Of a stretch of 21,529 nucleotides of DNA, positions 18,925 through 21,529 are shown piece by piece (the first letter of the stretch is position 1; the number at the start of each line of letters is the position of its first letter). The notes under the pieces are model-generated. The model was given only the letters and a program-made list of their open reading frames with translations. It was not told the DNA's origin and did not search any database. The DNA is from Candidatus Eiseniibacteriota bacterium (lineage in GTDB: Bacteria > Eisenbacteria > RBG-16-71-46), in contig JBBRLX010000045.1 in assembly GCA_038231135.1 (NCBI GenBank), positions 1-21,529 on the forward strand, in the 5' to 3' direction. The translations under genes were made by a program, and so were the position numbers.

Positions 18925-20052
18925 ATGTCGAAAGTCGCCGTCCTCCGCACCTCTCCCGAAACCGTCGTCCAGGACTACGCGCGGCTCATGGACCTCGCCG
19001 GCTACCGTGACACGGTGAAGTTCGACTCCCAGACCTGCCTGCGCATCAACATCTCGTGGCACGTGTACATGCCCGCGTGTTCCACCACGCCGTGGCAGAT
19101 GCACGGGGTGATCGACAAGCTGAAGTCCGACGGCTACGACGTGTCGCGCGACCTGATCGCGGCGCAGAACGACACGGTGGTGGTGAGCTGCCGCGAGGGC
19201 ACGATCAACAACAACCTGGCGCCGGTGCTCGAGCACTACCACGTGCCGATCCAGTACCTGAGCGAGCCGCCCACCGAATGGATCACCTACCAGCCCAAGA
19301 GCAAGATGCTGGTGCTCGACCGGGTGTTCGAGAAGCAGGGCATCCAGATTCCGAAGATGCTGCTGGGCAAGAACGTGATCCATCTGCCCACGGTCAAGAC
19401 CCACGTGTTCACCGGCACCACCGGATCGATGAAGAACGCGTTCGGCGGCCTGCTGAATCTCAACCGCCACTGGACGCACTCGGTGATCCACGAGACGCTG
19501 GTGGACCTGCTGCGCATCCAGAAGGAGATTCACCCCGGAGTGTTCGCGGTGATGGACGGCACGATCGCGGGCGAGGGCCCGGGCCCGCGGGCGATGCGGC
19601 CGCACGTGAAAAACTACATTCTCGCCTCCAGCGACTGCGTCGCGCTCGACGCCACGGCCGCCAAGATGATGGGCTTCGATCCCATGACCGACCTCAAGTT
19701 CATCCGGCTCGCGCACGAGAACGGCCTCGGCGTCGGCCGCCCGGAGGAGATCGAGATCGTGGGCGACGACATCACAGACGTGAACTTCAACTTTCGCGGC
19801 TCGCTGAACGAGAACACGTTCGCGTCGTGGGGCCAGAAGCTCATCTACTGGGGGCCGCTCAAGCCGCTCGAGAACATGCTGCTGCGATCACCGATCGTGC
19901 CGTGGAGCTACGCGGCGTCGCGGCTGTATCACGACGCCTACTGGTATCCCGTCAACGGCAAGCCGCGCGTGCGGGACATCCTGGCCACCGGCTGGGGGCG
20001 CCTGTTCGAGGAGTACGGCGCCCGCCGGGTCTGGGCGGGGAAGCCGGCGTAA
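18925..20052 (+). CDS. DUF362 domain-containing protein
   Basis: MSKVAVL, RINISWH...PACSTTPWQ, IHLPTVKTHVFTGTTGSMKNAFGGL, FAVMDGTIAGEGPGP and ASSDCVALDATAAKMMGFDP. RBS gagga favours ATG 18925 over 18901. Confidence 0.82.
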   Translation: MSKVAVLRTSPETVVQDYARLMDLAGYRDTVKFDSQTCLRINISWHVYMPACSTTPWQMHGVIDKLKSDGYDVSRDLIAAQNDTVVVSCREGTINNNLAPVLEHYHVPIQYLSEPPTEWITYQPKSKMLVLDRVFEKQGIQIPKMLLGKNVIHLPTVKTHVFTGTTGSMKNAFGGLLNLNRHWTHSVIHETLVDLLRIQKEIHPGVFAVMDGTIAGEGPGPRAMRPHVKNYILASSDCVALDATAAKMMGFDPMTDLKFIRLAHENGLGVGRPEEIEIVGDDITDVNFNFRGSLNENTFASWGQKLIYWGPLKPLENMLLRSPIVPWSYAASRLYHDAYWYPVNGKPRVRDILATGWGRLFEEYGARRVWAGKPA

Positions 20053-20057
20053 CGAAT

Positions 20058-20085
20058 CGGCCGGGTCCCATTCGGAACCCGGCCG
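20058..20085. terminator. Hairpin between convergent genes (possible bidirectional terminator)
   Basis: cggccgggt...acccggccg inverted repeat directly after the DUF362 stop. There is no strong U-tract. Confidence 0.5.
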
Positions 20086-20111
20086 CTCGCGGTCAAGAGT
20101 CCGGACGATTC

Positions 20112-20372
20112 TCAGGCTCGGAGCGAACTCGGCCTGCGGATCATCCGGTAGAGAGCGAGCAGGATGATCGCGCCGATGATCGATGCCACGAGCCCCGCGC
20201 CGTCTTCCGGGCGGTACCAGCCGACGGACTGGCCGACCAGCTTGGCCACGACCGCACCCGCGATGCCGAGCAACGCCGTGATCCAGAATCCGCCGGGATC
20301 CTTACCCGGCATGATGAGCTTCGCGAGGCCGCCGACGATCGCACCTATGATGATTGCCCATACGATTCCCAT
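20112..20372 (-). CDS. GlsB/YeaQ/YmgE family (transglycosylase-associated) small membrane stress protein
   Basis: MGIVWAIIIGAIVGGLAKLIMPGKDPGGFWITALLGIAGAVVA...GLVASIIGAIILLALYR. RBS ggagg lies at 20383-20379. Confidence 0.92.
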   Translation of the reverse strand: MGIVWAIIIGAIVGGLAKLIMPGKDPGGFWITALLGIAGAVVAKLVGQSVGWYRPEDGAGLVASIIGAIILLALYRMIRRPSSLRA

Positions 20373-20427
20373 GACCAACCTCCGTTGAGGTATGCAGCGT
20401 GACCCGTTCGCAGCTGCCGACTCGTTG

Positions 20428-20443
20428 AGCAAAAGAAGTGCCT
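20428..20443 (-). promoter_or_regulatory. Sigma54 (-24/-12) promoter for the GlsB/YeaQ/YmgE gene
   Basis: The minus strand reads AGGCACTTCTTTTGCT, i.e. GG-N10-GC with an intact TTGC, about 55 nt upstream of the ATG. Confidence 0.75.
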
Positions 20444-20746
20444 ATTCGAGTCCACGGCGACGGATGTCCTCGCAACGGCATGGACGGCGGGATGTTATGG
20501 CTGCGAGCCTGTCGAGCCGAAGAACCGGCGTCAGGGGCACCCGGCATCGTTTCCGGAGACGGTCGACGCGCGGCGCGTGCCAAATTCTACAACCGCGGTG
20601 CGTAACCGATTCCTGATGACCGTTCGAGAACCGACATGACCAGGCAGGATCACTCGCGCGCCGCGCGCTTCGACGCAACCGCGGGAAAACGACACGAGGG
20701 CGGATGCGAGCACCCGCCCTCGTCACGACGCCGGCGTCGATCGGGA

Positions 20747-21325
20747 TCAGCGACCGCCGAACAACCCGCCGAGCTTCTGCGTGATGTCGTCCACGATCGA
20801 ACCGTCGTGATTGCCGTCGAGGAGCTGCGTGGCGAGTCCCATCAGTCCGGGTGACGTCTGCGCCTGCTGCTGGTGCTCGGCTCCGAGCATCGAGGCGAGT
20901 CCGCCGGGGTTGAGTCCCTGCTGGCTCTGGATGCGCCCCAGCGCGCCCATCACCAGCGGCGCGAGCATCGCCATCACGCTCGCAGCCTGACCGGCGTCGA
21001 GGCCGCTGGTGCGGCCCACCGCCTCGGCCGCCGCCTGCTGCTTGTCGCCCAGAACGTGGCCCAGGATCGCGGCGCCGTCCGCGGTGTCGGTGCTCTGCAC
21101 CGGCTGATCGAGCGCCGCGCCGTCGTGGTCGTTCGTGACCGCCTGGTGGAGCGCCTGGGCGCCCTGCGGAGTGCTGGCGTTGCGCGACAACGCGGCCAGG
21201 ATCAGCGGCAGCGCCGTGGCGATGGCGCTGGTGGCCTGGATCGGGTTGGCTCCGACTTGCTGGCCGATCTGGTTCGTGGCGTTGCCGCCCAATGTCTGTT
21301 GCAGCAGGTCCATCAATCCGGCCAT
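20747..21325 (-). CDS. DUF937 family protein
   Basis: MAGLMDLLQQTLGG...ALPLILAALSRNASTPQGAQALHQAV..DHDG...GAAILGHVLG...MLAPLVMGALG...LLDGNHDGSIVDDI..LGGLFG. RBS aggag lies upstream on the minus strand. Confidence 0.88.
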   Translation of the reverse strand: MAGLMDLLQQTLGGNATNQIGQQVGANPIQATSAIATALPLILAALSRNASTPQGAQALHQAVTNDHDGAALDQPVQSTDTADGAAILGHVLGDKQQAAAEAVGRTSGLDAGQAASVMAMLAPLVMGALGRIQSQQGLNPGGLASMLGAEHQQQAQTSPGLMGLATQLLDGNHDGSIVDDITQKLGGLFGGR

Positions 21326-21510
21326 GGCAGGCTCCTGATCGTTCGGGTGGGTAAGAGGGCGACGTGAGCCCCGGGCAGCCGGTTCATACTAGCCCCAGAA
21401 CCAGCGCGATTTCATAGCTGAGGCGAAAGAAAAAGCTCGAAAGGCCCGTCCAGAGCGGTTAAGAAGGTGGTGTTCGACGCCAGCTTCAATCGCCAAGGAG
21501 GGCCTTTCAA

Positions 21511-21529
21511 GTGAGCTCAGCTATACAGA
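21511..21529 (+). CDS. Probable start of a divergent gene running off the window
   Basis: aaggagg at 21495-21501 followed 9 nt later by GTG AGC TCA GCT ATA CAG. Only 6 codons are visible. Confidence 0.3.

Noticed and set aside
20392..20746. Small ORFs in the GlsB-DUF937 intergenic region
   Set aside because: They lack convincing RBSs and coding-like composition. The region is better explained as regulatory DNA.

Overview
GC-rich bacterial window. A C-terminal FlgD-Ig/'secretion-tail' protein and the gene style would fit an FCB-related lineage such as Candidatus Eisenbacteria, but that is inference only. It opens with the 3' part of a large secreted Cys-rich repeat protein (two near-identical 216-bp repeats, an unassigned ~240-aa domain and a FlgD-like tail). 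Next comes a plus-strand short/branched-chain acyl-CoA cluster: a cobalamin-binding mutase small subunit with a long basic histone-H1-like tail, a flavodoxin-fold protein, three acyl-CoA dehydrogenases, a thiolase and a 3-hydroxybutyryl-CoA dehydrogenase. A FIST protein, a GT-C glycosyltransferase-TPR fusion, a small membrane protein and a DUF362 protein are interspersed. The most notable element is a self-contained ~4.4-kb cassette (about 11451-15890) between hbd and the second acyl-CoA dehydrogenase. It comprises a PilS-like membrane histidine kinase, a sigma54 enhancer-binding response regulator (GAFTGA loop reads GTFSGA), tandem palindromic enhancer-like boxes, a GG-N10-GC sigma54 promoter, one secreted protein with an IPTL-CTERM-like membrane anchor and a terminator. 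The window ends with two minus-strand genes, a GlsB/YeaQ/YmgE gene with its own clear sigma54 promoter and a DUF937 gene. No rRNA, tRNA, CRISPR array, integrase or transposase was seen.
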